Counted from the first letter of the stretch, positions 28,614 through 38,682 are shown. The stretch is DNA of 64,000 nucleotides from Synechococcus sp. (GCA_047285535.1 JBJBDC010000001.1:2144136-2208135), one strand, 5' to 3'. Notes: a model not told the origin generated them from the letters alone. Translations and numbers: made by a program.

Positions 28614-29522
28614 ATGAGCGCAACAGCGTCCCAGATGGACTACGTCCTACCCAATGAACTCGTCGACGGCATGATTGCCGCTGGCGGCAAGAAAGCAACG
28701 GTCAGCATCAAGAACTTGCTCATCCGGGGGTTTTATTCCGGCGCCATTCTTGGTCTCGCAGTGGTCCTGGCCCTCACCGTTGGAATCCTGACAAAACTTC
28801 CATTCGTTGGATCTCTTCTCTTCCCATTCGGTTTTGCCAGCATCGTTCTGTTCGGAATGGAGCTGGTGACCGGTAACTTCGCATTACTGCCCATGGCCAC
28901 TTGGGCTGGCAAAAGCAGCTGGAGTGCAACATTTCGAAATTGGGTGTGGGTGTGGATCGGCAATTTCATCGGCACACTTGTAGTCGCCATCATCATGGCG
29001 ATCAGCCTCACTAGTGGCAGCATGGATGCTGCTGCTGAGAACGTTGGACCTCCAATCTGGGATCTTGTCGCTCAGAAAATCGTTGCTCTGAACCAAATCA
29101 ACGTAGTCAAGAAATACGAGGCTCTTGGAAGCATGGGCTTCTTTTTGGCATTCCTGCGCGGTGTTGTTGCCAACTGGTTGGTTTGTCTTGGAGTCACGAT
29201 GGCTCTAGTGAGCAAAAGTGTTCCAGGAAAAATTCTGGCCTGCTGGTTACCGATCACAGCCTTCCAATCGTTAGGCATGGAACACATCGTTGTGAATCAA
29301 TTCCTACATACGGCTGGGCCAATCCTCGGCTCAGGGGTGCCCTTCTATAAGGTGATTTTCTGGAACTTCTTACCTGTCACGCTAGGAAACATTGTTGGAG
29401 GCATGGTGTTTATCGGAATGCTCTTCTACAGCACCCATCGCACCAAGATTTCAGGCGTGCTGCCAACCGAGCATGATGAAAAACTAGAACGTGAACTGGC
29501 CGCTGAACTTGGTGCTCGCTGA
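28614..29522 (+). CDS. focA: Formate/nitrite transporter family protein (nitrite channel, FocA/NitM)
   Basis: GMELVTGN, GNFIG, ANWLVCL, GMEHIVVN, VTLGNIVGG FNT signatures; follows nirA. Confidence 0.93.
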   Translation: MSATASQMDYVLPNELVDGMIAAGGKKATVSIKNLLIRGFYSGAILGLAVVLALTVGILTKLPFVGSLLFPFGFASIVLFGMELVTGNFALLPMATWAGKSSWSATFRNWVWVWIGNFIGTLVVAIIMAISLTSGSMDAAAENVGPPIWDLVAQKIVALNQINVVKKYEALGSMGFFLAFLRGVVANWLVCLGVTMALVSKSVPGKILACWLPITAFQSLGMEHIVVNQFLHTAGPILGSGVPFYKVIFWNFLPVTLGNIVGGMVFIGMLFYSTHRTKISGVLPTEHDEKLERELAAELGAR

Positions 29523-30225
29523 TGATGAAGCCATCCTTTGGGAACGGCTGTCCAATGCACGACGGATTCCACTGAATCCAATCTGGCTGGGAGAGGTTTT
29601 CTCTCCCAGCCTTTCCGACCGTCTCCGCTTTGCCATAGCTGAGCGTTTAGGAATGCTTGCGGAATCAGGCTGGCCAATTATCTACACCCTGATCGAACAG
29701 TACGGAATCAATCCTGAATTGATTCATGCTGCCGGTCTATGCCATCAACCTGAGGCAAGAGATTGGTTGCTCAAGCAACTGAATCAATCTAATCATCCAG
29801 ATGCCCTGTTGCTCAACGCACTCAGTTGCTGGGGTGCCGAACTCACTCTTGATCAGTTCAAATTTATTCTGCAGCTACCTGGCCAGGCAGAACGCCTTGC
29901 CGGATTAAATCTTCTGAGCTTTAAGTCCCATCAACTTCAAGCCTCAGAATTAATCGATTTATGTGAATTCACACTTCAAGATTGGAGAGATCCTGTTGTG
30001 ATTGCCAGCATTCGCTTACTACAAAGGCGAGACGAATCAGAAGTGAGTAACAGGCTCGCCCTTTTAGTCCACAAAGGATCAGAAGCGAGTGCTGAAGCTG
30101 CCTTAAGAGCCTTGGGTTGCATGGCTACTATAGAAAGCAAAAAATCATTAAAGAGACTCAGCTGTGAATTAAAAGACAAGGAGCGGCGGCTGCAAGCCTT
30201 AAAACAACTCCAGCAGCAATATTAA
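29512..30225 (+). CDS. nirX: HEAT-repeat-like helical protein (nirX-like; start uncertain)
   Basis: Leu/Ala-rich helical repeats (RFAIAERLG, DPVVIASIRLL, AEAALRALG); overlaps the focA stop; symbol assigned from the nirA-focA-X synteny. Confidence 0.65.
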   Translation: MLADDEAILWERLSNARRIPLNPIWLGEVFSPSLSDRLRFAIAERLGMLAESGWPIIYTLIEQYGINPELIHAAGLCHQPEARDWLLKQLNQSNHPDALLLNALSCWGAELTLDQFKFILQLPGQAERLAGLNLLSFKSHQLQASELIDLCEFTLQDWRDPVVIASIRLLQRRDESEVSNRLALLVHKGSEASAEAALRALGCMATIESKKSLKRLSCELKDKERRLQALKQLQQQY

Positions 30226-30232
30226 AAGTAAC

Positions 30233-30256
30233 AAAAAAGCCCGGACTGACCGGGCT
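30233..30256 (-). terminator. Intrinsic terminator of cynS
   Basis: AGCCCGG-ACTGA-CCGGGCT hairpin with A6 on the left (U-tail on the minus strand), between convergent genes. Confidence 0.8.
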
Positions 30257-30280
30257 CAAAATCCAATCAACCGAAATTAT

Positions 30281-30760
30281 TCACCATTTTTTATAAGGAA
30301 GAAATTTTCCACACATGGTTATTTCTACGCGATCACCCTTAGGATCTTCAACCTTATCCACATCGATTGTAAAATCAATCGCACTCATAATGCCGTCACC
30401 AAACTTCTCCTGAATCACATCTTTAAGCGGCATGCCGTAAACCTGCATAATTTCATAAAAACGATAAATCAGAGGATCTGTAGGAATCACTGGATCAAGG
30501 CTTCCTTTAGTTGGAAACTCCTGCAAGGCAGCAGTTATGGCAGGATCAAGATCCAATAATTCTGATAACTTACTTGCTTCTTCTGGTGAAGCCGTTGCCT
30601 GACCATAGAAAAGGGAAGCAATCCAAACCTCATCGAGGCCAAGTGCCGTTTCTAAATCAGCAAAGGAAAGCTGCTTAGCCTTTTTTGCAGCCATAAGAGA
30701 GGCTGTAAGCGTAGATGGAGAAGGTCCAGCCAATGAAGGCACTAAGGCTGAAGTAGTCAT
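30281..30760 (-). CDS. cynS: Cyanate hydratase (cyanase)
   Basis: [34 protein letters not shown]. Confidence 0.98.
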   Translation of the reverse strand: MTTSALVPSLAGPSPSTLTASLMAAKKAKQLSFADLETALGLDEVWIASLFYGQATASPEEASKLSELLDLDPAITAALQEFPTKGSLDPVIPTDPLIYRFYEIMQVYGMPLKDVIQEKFGDGIMSAIDFTIDVDKVEDPKGDRVEITMCGKFLPYKKW

Positions 30761-31020
30761 GCAGCGAAAACCAAATAAATGAACGACTAGAGATCAGCAA
30801 CCCTTCCGGGGCTTCTCAAAAGTGAATCGATCATCGACAACATCAAGACCCAAAACTGATGCATTGACTACCAATTCATGATCTCAAGGCAACCAAAGCA
30901 GCATCCGTAACAGAATGCCAGAAGATAAGACGTCACTATGAAATCACAGACGATCGCTGGGTCTTCATGTTTCTCTCCTCATCAATTCAAAAATTCAATC
31001 ATTTCCTGAATCAATTCCAA

Positions 31021-31185
31021 ATGAGCATCAACAACCTCATTGCGAATCAACCATTAACAGCATCACCAGCCCCTGCACCTCAATCATTTCCAAATCTGCT
31101 CATTGAACGCCTCTATTACGCCGAAGGGCGTCATCACCCCGCGCATCCACGTCATGGCAGCTTTTCAGGGCTTTCCCTGAACTAG
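31021..31185 (+). CDS. Small hypothetical protein (54 aa; alternative start 30967)
   Basis: ATG ORF ending LIERLYYAEGRHHPAHPRHGSFSGL; occupies the cynS-trpD-like gap. Confidence 0.55.
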   Translation: MSINNLIANQPLTASPAPAPQSFPNLLIERLYYAEGRHHPAHPRHGSFSGLSLN

Positions 31186-31211
31186 CACTAAAATGACTCT
31201 AGGGTCATCCG

Positions 31212-31225
31212 GTAACAATTAATAC
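31212..31225 (+). promoter_or_regulatory. NtcA binding site upstream of the TrpD-like gene
   Basis: GTAACAATTAATAC = perfect GTA-N8-TAC, 52 nt before ATG 31278. Confidence 0.7.
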
Positions 31226-31277
31226 CGTCATAGGAGATAATTCTGCAAAACGATTTCCTGCGGTACCGGTCACATCT

Positions 31278-32351
31278 ATGGCAACTCCCCTAGAAGCCAA
31301 TCAGCGTGAACGTTTTAAGCAACTTCTACGCAAAATCGGCAGTGGAGAGCACACCAGCAAAGGTTTGAGCCGAAGTGAAGCGGCTGATGCCATGGAGCTT
31401 ATGTTGACTGGAGGAGCATCCGATGTACAAATCGGTGCTTTTCTGATCGCCCATCGCATACGTCGCCCCGAACCTCAAGAGCTGACCGGCATACTCGACA
31501 CCTTCAAAAGCCTCGGACCATGCCTGCGTAGTGAACCGAGTCAACGTCGACCGATCTGCTTTGGCATGCCGTTTGACGGACGCTCTCGCACAGCACCGAT
31601 CTACCCCTTAACTGCTTTGTTGTTACTGGGTGCCGGGCAACCGGTGGTGTTACACGGTGCAGGTCGAATGCCTGTGAAATTTGGCATCACAGCAACAGAA
31701 TTGTTTTCTTCACTCGGGCTCGATCTACAGGGCATGTCAATCAATGAGGTCCAAAGAGGTTTCAACCTCCATGGTCTCGCCCTCATTCACCAACCAGATC
31801 ATTTCCCAATCGGCGAGACTCTCATTCCGGCTCGGGACGATCTAGGTAAGCGACCACCTCTCGCCAGTGCCGAGTTGCTGTGGACCGCTCACCAAGGGGC
31901 CCACCTACTAGTCAGCGGCTTCGTGCACCCGCCTACCGAAAGTCGAGCCTGGCAAGCCCTGGAATTAGCTGGAGAAACTGAGGTGATAACCGTCAAAGGA
32001 TTGGAAGGCAGCACCGATCTGCCTATTAGTAGAGCTGGGATTACGGCTCGGGTTCACAAGCCAAACGAACCCGAACGACACATCGTTCATCCCCGCGATC
32101 ATGGATGCTTCGGGAACGATCCCAAATGGGAAGCAGAGAAAACCTGGGCAGCTCAAGCCAAGGACGCACTTCAGGGGCTCGGGCCGCTGGCACGGTCTTT
32201 GCGCTGGAATGCAGGCTGTTACTTCTGGATGAGCGGACTGAGCAAGAACCTGCAACAAGGTGTTGATGCTGCTCAGAGGATGCAGACCAATGGAGAGGGT
32301 GCCGCCGTCTTAAGCCGACTGATCGAGTGGCGAACGTCAATGAGTGGGTGA
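31278..32351 (+). CDS. Anthranilate phosphoribosyltransferase-like (glycosyltransferase family 3; YbiB/CnaT-like) protein
   Basis: KIGSGEHTSKGLSR, QIGAFLIAHRIRR, FDGRSRT, GFVHPPTE, KGLEGS; lacks the TrpD GTGGD motif. Confidence 0.85.
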   Translation: MATPLEANQRERFKQLLRKIGSGEHTSKGLSRSEAADAMELMLTGGASDVQIGAFLIAHRIRRPEPQELTGILDTFKSLGPCLRSEPSQRRPICFGMPFDGRSRTAPIYPLTALLLLGAGQPVVLHGAGRMPVKFGITATELFSSLGLDLQGMSINEVQRGFNLHGLALIHQPDHFPIGETLIPARDDLGKRPPLASAELLWTAHQGAHLLVSGFVHPPTESRAWQALELAGETEVITVKGLEGSTDLPISRAGITARVHKPNEPERHIVHPRDHGCFGNDPKWEAEKTWAAQAKDALQGLGPLARSLRWNAGCYFWMSGLSKNLQQGVDAAQRMQTNGEGAAVLSRLIEWRTSMSG

Positions 32352-32399
32352 ACGACTGGATCGTTCAGAAACGCGCCTTGACTCGACGATCCGACGTTC

Positions 32400-33558
32400 T
32401 GCAGCGAATGGTTGACCCTGTTCCAAGACCGTCGCAGCGAAAACAATATTGTTCTCCTTCTGCCTTTTCTACTGGGGCTATTCAATCCCGATGGCGAAAC
32501 CCGTGGGCTGCTCTCCAGAGGCTGTGCCATCAGTCAGTTTGCAGCGACTCCATTGCTTGGAGCTCTGAGTGATCGCATCAGAAGTCGTCCAGGAATCGCC
32601 ATTTGTGTCGTTGGCTCAGTGCTGGCCTGCTGGCGCTTCACGACCCTCATTCTTCTCCTCGCGGCTCGCCTAATCAACGGAGTCAGCGACAGAACAGATT
32701 TCACGTCAGGAGACGTGCAAGCCAATATCCCGCCACCGGACCAATGGGCACGGGCATTCAGTTTGTTCGGTTGGTAGTTAAGTCTTGGTTCTTGGACCAT
32801 GACCGGAGGCAACATGAACGAATTGCTGTGATCGTTCCGCTCTCAGTGGCGACTATATAGCCATGCTCAATCTTGTCGTTGTGCTGACCTTGCTCCCTTA
32901 GAGACATCTAGTGATAAAACGCCGATCCTTCCACGCAAACGAAGCTCAACCCCATTGGCTCAGATGTCGCGTTTCATGGGAAATCCAGCGATCGGTCGTC
33001 TGGTTTTGCGCTTCTTCCATTGCTGTCACACATTCAATGGCTTCACACCCATCCTTATGAGCTATTTCAAGCAACAATTCAACTCAACCCCAAACTTGCC
33101 TAAGCAGCATTTTTGATCGTTGGAGTAGTGACCACTTCTGTTCAAGGTGGATTGATCGGACGATTGATCGGACCTTGGGTCCAACCGTTTTGGGGGATCG
33201 AAACTCACCCTGATCGAGCTTGGGTTGGCATCATCGGTTGTTGACTTATCCCCGCAACGGATCCTGAACAAGCCGGGAGAGGAGTCTTGATCCGATTGGC
33301 AATTTTGGCGAGCAGAAGAAGTCTCATTACCACCAGCCGGCGAAGCCTCGTCTAAAGGGATCACAATGATGAAGGTCATGGCGCAGCCCTAAACAGGCTT
33401 CCAGCACCTCACAGTCTTGAACGTATTTAGGCCCCCCATTCAGTGATCTTGGCGAGGAGCGAATGGGTCCATCCAGTCCTTCCTTTGGAAGGGCAGTACT
33501 GCTTGTAGTGATGATGTATGTAGTGGTCAGCAGTCTTGTTGTGAGCACCACGACATGA
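32400..33558 (+). pseudogene. Eroded TetA-like MFS transporter
   Basis: Collinear fragments in shifting frames: LLLPFLL, QFAATPLLGALSDR, AARLINGVS, RAFSLFG, NLVVVLTLLP*, FNGFTPILMSYFKQQF, VQGGLIG, RRSLV*..EGHGAAL, GPSSPSFGRAVLLVV; many stops and frameshifts. Boundaries approximate. Confidence 0.8.
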
Positions 33559-33614
33559 CACGACAGGCGATTGCTACCTTTTGTTGGAGAGCACCGGCTC
33601 TAAGAAGACTATTC

Positions 33615-35753
33615 ATGATCGGCACCATGCTTCCCGAGAATCTCTACATCAATCGGGAACTCAGTTGGATCGCCTTCAACAGTCGAGTATTAGCTCAAGC
33701 TCTTGACCACAGAACACAACTGTTGGAGCAGGCCAAATTCAGCGCCATTTTTAGCAATAATCTCGATGAATTTTTCATGGTGCGCGTTGCCTCCCTGAAG
33801 TCTCAGGTTGAGGCGGGCATCGACAAGACAAGTGAGGACGGACGCACCCCCCGCGAGCAGCTCCGCGACATTCGTTCTCAACTCTCACCTCTGCTGCAAG
33901 CCCAGCAAACGCATTTCCTCGACCATCTCCGCACAGAACTAGAAAACCATGGTGTTTTCCTTTTCAACTACGACCAACTGAACGAAGCGCAACGCCTCTG
34001 GGTAGATAACTTTTTCCAAACGGCAATCTTTCCAGTACTAACGCCCCTGGCGGTAGATCCTGCCCATCCATTTCCATTCGTCAGCAATCTCAGCCTCAAC
34101 GTGGCCGCCCTGATTCATGACCCAGACACCGGTCAACAGCAACTGGCACGTGTCAAGGTCCCACAGAAAATTCTGCCCCGCTTTGTTGCCATTCCAACCG
34201 ATCTTGGCAGCCATGAGTCCCATCTGCATACGGCAGTGCCTCTCGAACAGGTCATTGCCTTCAATCTCAGCCTGCTCTTTCCTGGCATGAGCATTGAAGG
34301 CCATTACTTTTTTCGTGTGACTCGGGATGCAGACCTAGAGCTCCGGGATCTTGAAGCGGACGATCTCATGATCGCCATCGAACAAGGCCTGCGCAAACGT
34401 CGGATGGGTGGAGAAGTCGTTCGCTTGGAAGTCGCCGACGACACCCCTCAAGACGTCATAGAGATGTTGATGGAAGGAATGTCGGTGATTGAAGATGACC
34501 TTTACAGAGTGAATGGACCTCTCGGGCTCGATGATCTCTTCGGCTTAATGAGCCTGCCGCTGCCACACCTAAAGAACGCAACCCATTCTGGCCAAACACC
34601 AGCCGCTCTAAGCCGTACTCAGAAGAGCCTGCTGGAAGATGGCTCGATCCACGAAGAAGAATTTGAGAGCATCTTCTCGGTGGTGCGGCGCCGCGATGTT
34701 CTCCTGCATCATCCCTACGATTTATTTTCCACCTCCGTAGAAGAATTCATTAATCAAGCGGCAGATGATCCCCTTGTCATGGGGATCAAGATGACCCTCT
34801 ATCGAACCTCCAAAGATTCTCCAATCATTGCGGCACTGATTCGTGCAGCAGAAAACGGCAAGCAGGTGATGGCCCTGGTGGAATTGAAGGCACGTTTTGA
34901 TGAGGACAACAACATTCAGTGGGCCAAGCATCTTGAACGTTCAGGCGTGCACGTGGTCTACGGCGTGATTGGCCTAAAGACACATACCAAGATCGTTTTA
35001 GTCGTTCGCAAAGAAAAAGAACGACTAAGGAGCTACGTGCATATCGGTACTGGCAACTACAACTCCAAAACGTCACGTCTTTACACCGATCTGGGTCTGC
35101 TGTCAGCAAGACCGGAGCTCGGCCAAGATCTTGTTGAGTTGTTTAACTACCTAACCGGCTTTTCAAAACAACAAAGCTTTCGAAAGTTACTCGTGGCTCC
35201 AGTCTCCTTAAGGAAAGGAATGGAGGCATTGATCTGCCGTGAAATAGAACATGCTCGACAGGGGCGATGCGGATTGATTAAAGCAAAAATGAATTCCTTA
35301 GTAGATCCTGGAATCATTGGACTTCTCTATGAAGCATCTCAAGCCGGAGTCCAAATTCAATTAATTGTCAGGGGAATGTGCAGCCTGTATCCAGGACTGG
35401 AAGGCATCAGTGACAACATCAAGGTGATCAGCATCATTGGCCGCTTCCTGGAACATTCTCGTATTTTCTGGTTTAACAACGCCGGCATGCCAGAAGTCTT
35501 CATCGGTAGTGCTGACTTAATGCCGCGCAATCTCGACAGACGCGTCGAAGCTGTTGCCCCAATCGAAGATCCAGAATTAAGAGCGCAGCTCGAACGCCTA
35601 CTGGAGTGCTATTTAACCGACAATCGAGGTGCATGGGATATGCAAAGCGACGGTACCTTTATTCAGCGCCAGCCCAATGGTGAGATACGCGACTCCCAAC
35701 TGCAACTAATTGACAACTGGAAAGGGAGCGCACTACTTCAACTAAATCAATGA
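33615..35753 (+). CDS. ppk1: Polyphosphate kinase 1
   Basis: YINRELSWIAFN, NLDEFFMVRVA, HPFPF, LLHHPY, ELKARFDE, KTHTK, GRFLEHSR, RNLDRRVE. Confidence 0.98.
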   Translation: MIGTMLPENLYINRELSWIAFNSRVLAQALDHRTQLLEQAKFSAIFSNNLDEFFMVRVASLKSQVEAGIDKTSEDGRTPREQLRDIRSQLSPLLQAQQTHFLDHLRTELENHGVFLFNYDQLNEAQRLWVDNFFQTAIFPVLTPLAVDPAHPFPFVSNLSLNVAALIHDPDTGQQQLARVKVPQKILPRFVAIPTDLGSHESHLHTAVPLEQVIAFNLSLLFPGMSIEGHYFFRVTRDADLELRDLEADDLMIAIEQGLRKRRMGGEVVRLEVADDTPQDVIEMLMEGMSVIEDDLYRVNGPLGLDDLFGLMSLPLPHLKNATHSGQTPAALSRTQKSLLEDGSIHEEEFESIFSVVRRRDVLLHHPYDLFSTSVEEFINQAADDPLVMGIKMTLYRTSKDSPIIAALIRAAENGKQVMALVELKARFDEDNNIQWAKHLERSGVHVVYGVIGLKTHTKIVLVVRKEKERLRSYVHIGTGNYNSKTSRLYTDLGLLSARPELGQDLVELFNYLTGFSKQQSFRKLLVAPVSLRKGMEALICREIEHARQGRCGLIKAKMNSLVDPGIIGLLYEASQAGVQIQLIVRGMCSLYPGLEGISDNIKVISIIGRFLEHSRIFWFNNAGMPEVFIGSADLMPRNLDRRVEAVAPIEDPELRAQLERLLECYLTDNRGAWDMQSDGTFIQRQPNGEIRDSQLQLIDNWKGSALLQLNQ

Positions 35754-35921
35754 AGATTAATCAAGACTCATAAAAGCTTACAGGGGAAAAGATCCTTCAC
35801 GCCAGTAGCTTTTGAGACGGCTTTGAGCTCAAAACAACCACTTACCGAAAAACTTCAGGATTGCATCCACTCTTCAGTCTTACAGGTGCTAAATTGCGCC
35901 AAAATTCATCAGGAGACCAGG

Positions 35922-36947
35922 GTGATGGGGATCCCTCTGGAGTCCAAAGAAGCTGCTGTCACTGGCACTTCCAAGGAACCTTTGTTGCCGTCGTCCAATC
36001 GACGGGATGCGGTCAAATCTTCACGTGGCTCGACTTCTAATCGAGGCAATCGTCAAACTGGTCGTCTTGCGACTGATTCCATTGGTCACTACTTAAGCAG
36101 TATTGGACGAGTCCCTTTACTGACAGCTGCTGAAGAGATTGAGCTTGCACATCACGTGCAAGCCATGAAGGAATTACTAGACCTTTCGGAAGAAGATCGC
36201 TCTCCTAAGCAGCGTCACAGAATACGAATGGGAAAGAGGGCAAGAGATCGGATGATGGCTGCCAACCTCAGACTCGTTGTGAGTGTTGCTAAAAAATATC
36301 AGAATCAAGGTCTTGAACTTCTCGACCTCGTTCAAGAAGGTGCCATCGGACTCGAACGTGCGGTCGACAAATTTGACCCAGCCATGGGATATAAATTCTC
36401 GACATACGCCTACTGGTGGATTCGTCAAGGCATGACACGTGCGATCGACAATAGTGCTCGCACGATTCGCCTACCGATTCACATCAGCGAAAAACTTTCG
36501 AAGATGAGAAAGATCACACGAGAGCTTTCTCATCGTTTTGGACGCCAACCGAACCGTTTGGAGTTAGCCCATGCCATGGGCATTGAACCAAGAGACTTAG
36601 AAGAGCTCATCGCTCAAAGTGCTCCTTGTGCATCACTCGATGCTCACGCCCGTGGAGAAGAAGATCGAAGCACATTAGGTGAACTCATCCCCGATCCCAA
36701 CGGAGATGAACCGATGGAAGGCATGGACCGAAGCATCCAGAAGGAACACTTGGGAGGCTGGCTATCCCAGCTCAATGAACGCGAACAAAAGATCCTGCGA
36801 TTACGTTTTGGTCTTGGCGGCGAAGAACCGCTCACCCTTGCCGAAATTGGTCGTCAAATCAACGTATCCCGAGAGCGCGTACGCCAACTTGAGTCAAAAG
36901 CAATTTTGAAATTACGCACGATGACCAATCATCAGCAGGCTGCTTGA
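35922..36947 (+). CDS. Group 2 RpoD-family sigma factor (SigC-like)
   Basis: IGRVPLLTAAEE, ANLRLVVSVAKKY, GYKFSTYAYWWIRQ, TLAEIG..VSRERVRQ; AGGAGA RBS at 35911; lacks region 1.1. Confidence 0.93.
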   Translation: MMGIPLESKEAAVTGTSKEPLLPSSNRRDAVKSSRGSTSNRGNRQTGRLATDSIGHYLSSIGRVPLLTAAEEIELAHHVQAMKELLDLSEEDRSPKQRHRIRMGKRARDRMMAANLRLVVSVAKKYQNQGLELLDLVQEGAIGLERAVDKFDPAMGYKFSTYAYWWIRQGMTRAIDNSARTIRLPIHISEKLSKMRKITRELSHRFGRQPNRLELAHAMGIEPRDLEELIAQSAPCASLDAHARGEEDRSTLGELIPDPNGDEPMEGMDRSIQKEHLGGWLSQLNEREQKILRLRFGLGGEEPLTLAEIGRQINVSRERVRQLESKAILKLRTMTNHQQAA

Positions 36948-36954
36948 TTCGTTC

Positions 36955-37602
36955 TTGCCACTAAAATCTCTGCTGCTCATCGCCCTCTGGATGACCTTTG
37001 TTCTGGGCAGTTCATTGGTTTGCAGGAAATACTGGCCAAGTCAACGCGAGTTAAGTCGCAAGATTGTTCATATCGGCAGTGGTCCGGTCCTACCTCTCGC
37101 CTGGTTCCTCAATATTCCAGCAGTGATGGCGATTCCTTCTGCCTTAGTGATCACTCTCTTCGCCTTCATGAATCACCGTTGGAAACTTCTGCCTGCACTG
37201 GAAGATGTGGATCGAGAGAGTTATGGAACCGTTGCTTATGGAATTGCGATTTGTTTGCTATTAATCCTGTACTGGCCTGATCATGCAGCCGCGGCCTGCG
37301 CTGGAGTCATGGTGATGGCTTTTGGCGATGGAATGGCCGGCCTGGTTGGACCAGCCATTCCATCTGCTAGTTGGATGATCTGCCAACAGCGCAAATCTGT
37401 GATTGGCACAACAACCATGGCAGTAACAAGTGCAGCCGTTTTGTTCGCTCTAGTGCTACTGACCCAAAGTCCAATCGATCCAGTTCGACTCTTCGTTGTC
37501 TGCACACTGGCAGTCGGACTGGAGCAATTCAGCCACTGGGGAATTGACAACCTCACGGTGCCCCTTGGTGTGGCCATGAGTTGGACTTGGATGACTGCTT
37601 GA
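36955..37602 (+). CDS. Phytol/dolichol kinase family (CTP-dependent) membrane protein
   Basis: ELSRKIVHI, FGDGMAGLVG, KSVIG, GIDNLTVP. Confidence 0.88.
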   Translation: MPLKSLLLIALWMTFVLGSSLVCRKYWPSQRELSRKIVHIGSGPVLPLAWFLNIPAVMAIPSALVITLFAFMNHRWKLLPALEDVDRESYGTVAYGIAICLLLILYWPDHAAAACAGVMVMAFGDGMAGLVGPAIPSASWMICQQRKSVIGTTTMAVTSAAVLFALVLLTQSPIDPVRLFVVCTLAVGLEQFSHWGIDNLTVPLGVAMSWTWMTA

Positions 37603-37623
37603 TCAACGCCTAAGTGCTGCGAC

Positions 37624-38682
37624 TTAGCTGAACCTCGCCTTGGCAACTGAAGCAGCCAGTTCCTCTAAAAGCTCAGCAGTAGTTTCAATGCTGATGCATG
37701 CATCAGTCACGCTTTGCCCATAAGTCAGCGAAGTTCGATCCGCAGACAACTTTTGGTTGCCTTCCACAAGATGACTTTCAATCATCACACCCATGACGTG
37801 ATCTGATTTTTGGTCCACCTGCGCTGCTACGGCCTTAAGGACCTCACTCTGACGGCGATAGTCCTTATTGGAATTCCCGTGGCTGCAATCCACCATCAAG
37901 CGATCAGGCAGACCAGCACCTTTCAATTCAGCAGCAGAATCCCGAATTGCTTCCAAGTGGTAATTGGTGCCTCGATTTCCACCACGTAGAACCAAATGTC
38001 CATCGGGATTGCCAGTTGTACTAACAATTGAGGCGTGACCTTCCCGATTGATTCCAAGAAAATGGTGGGGCTTCGATGCGGCCTGCATCGCATTAATGGC
38101 AATCGTGGCGCTGCCATCAGTGCTGTTTTTGTAGCCAATGGGCATTGACAACCCTGAGGCCATTTCACGATGGGTTTGACTTTCGGTGGTCCGTGCACCA
38201 ATCGCGGTCCAACTGATTAAATCCGCAATGTATTGAGGGACAACAGGATCCAACAACTCTGTAGCCGTGGGCATACCTTCTCGAGCTAAATCAAGCAAAA
38301 TTGATCTAGCCATCCTTAGCCCCGTATTGATGTCGTAAGAGCCATCGAGATGGGGATCGTTAATCAGCCCCTTCCATCCCACGGTGGTGCGCGGTTTTTC
38401 GAAATACACCCGCATCACAATCTCCAGTTCGGCAGCGTGATGCTCACGCAATGACGCCAAACGACCGGCATAGTCTCGCGCCGCCTCTACGTCGTGCACA
38501 GAACAAGGCCCCACAATCACCAAAAGGCGACGGTCGAGTCCGCGCAGAATGGCCTGAATGCGGCTGCGAGCAGAAGCAACTGTTTCTAGGGCCTTTGGAT
38601 CGATTGGCAGATCTCTATGCAATAGCGCAGGAGGGATCAGTGGTCGTGTGTCCACCACATGAAGATCGTGGGTGGTGGTCAT
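37624..38682 (-). CDS. aroF: DAHP synthase, class I alpha
   Basis: GPCSVHD, RVYFEKPRTTVGWKG, IGARTTESQTHR, VDCSHGNS, YGQSVTDAC. Confidence 0.96.
   Translation of the reverse strand: MTTTHDLHVVDTRPLIPPALLHRDLPIDPKALETVASARSRIQAILRGLDRRLLVIVGPCSVHDVEAARDYAGRLASLREHHAAELEIVMRVYFEKPRTTVGWKGLINDPHLDGSYDINTGLRMARSILLDLAREGMPTATELLDPVVPQYIADLISWTAIGARTTESQTHREMASGLSMPIGYKNSTDGSATIAINAMQAASKPHHFLGINREGHASIVSTTGNPDGHLVLRGGNRGTNYHLEAIRDSAAELKGAGLPDRLMVDCSHGNSNKDYRRQSEVLKAVAAQVDQKSDHVMGVMIESHLVEGNQKLSADRTSLTYGQSVTDACISIETTAELLEELAASVAKARFS

Noticed and set aside
30858..30871. GTA-N8-ATC (minus strand) as an NtcA site for cynS
   Set aside because: Two mismatches and no TAN3T box at canonical spacing.
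30761..31020. Glutamine riboswitch (glnA or downstream-peptide type) in N-cluster spacers
   Set aside because: No CGTT...GGAAGTA...GAAG-AACG arrangement found by eye; an Rfam scan would be decisive.
33062..33551. Minus-strand ORFs of 105 and 74 aa
   Set aside because: Better explained as antisense to the MFS pseudogene.
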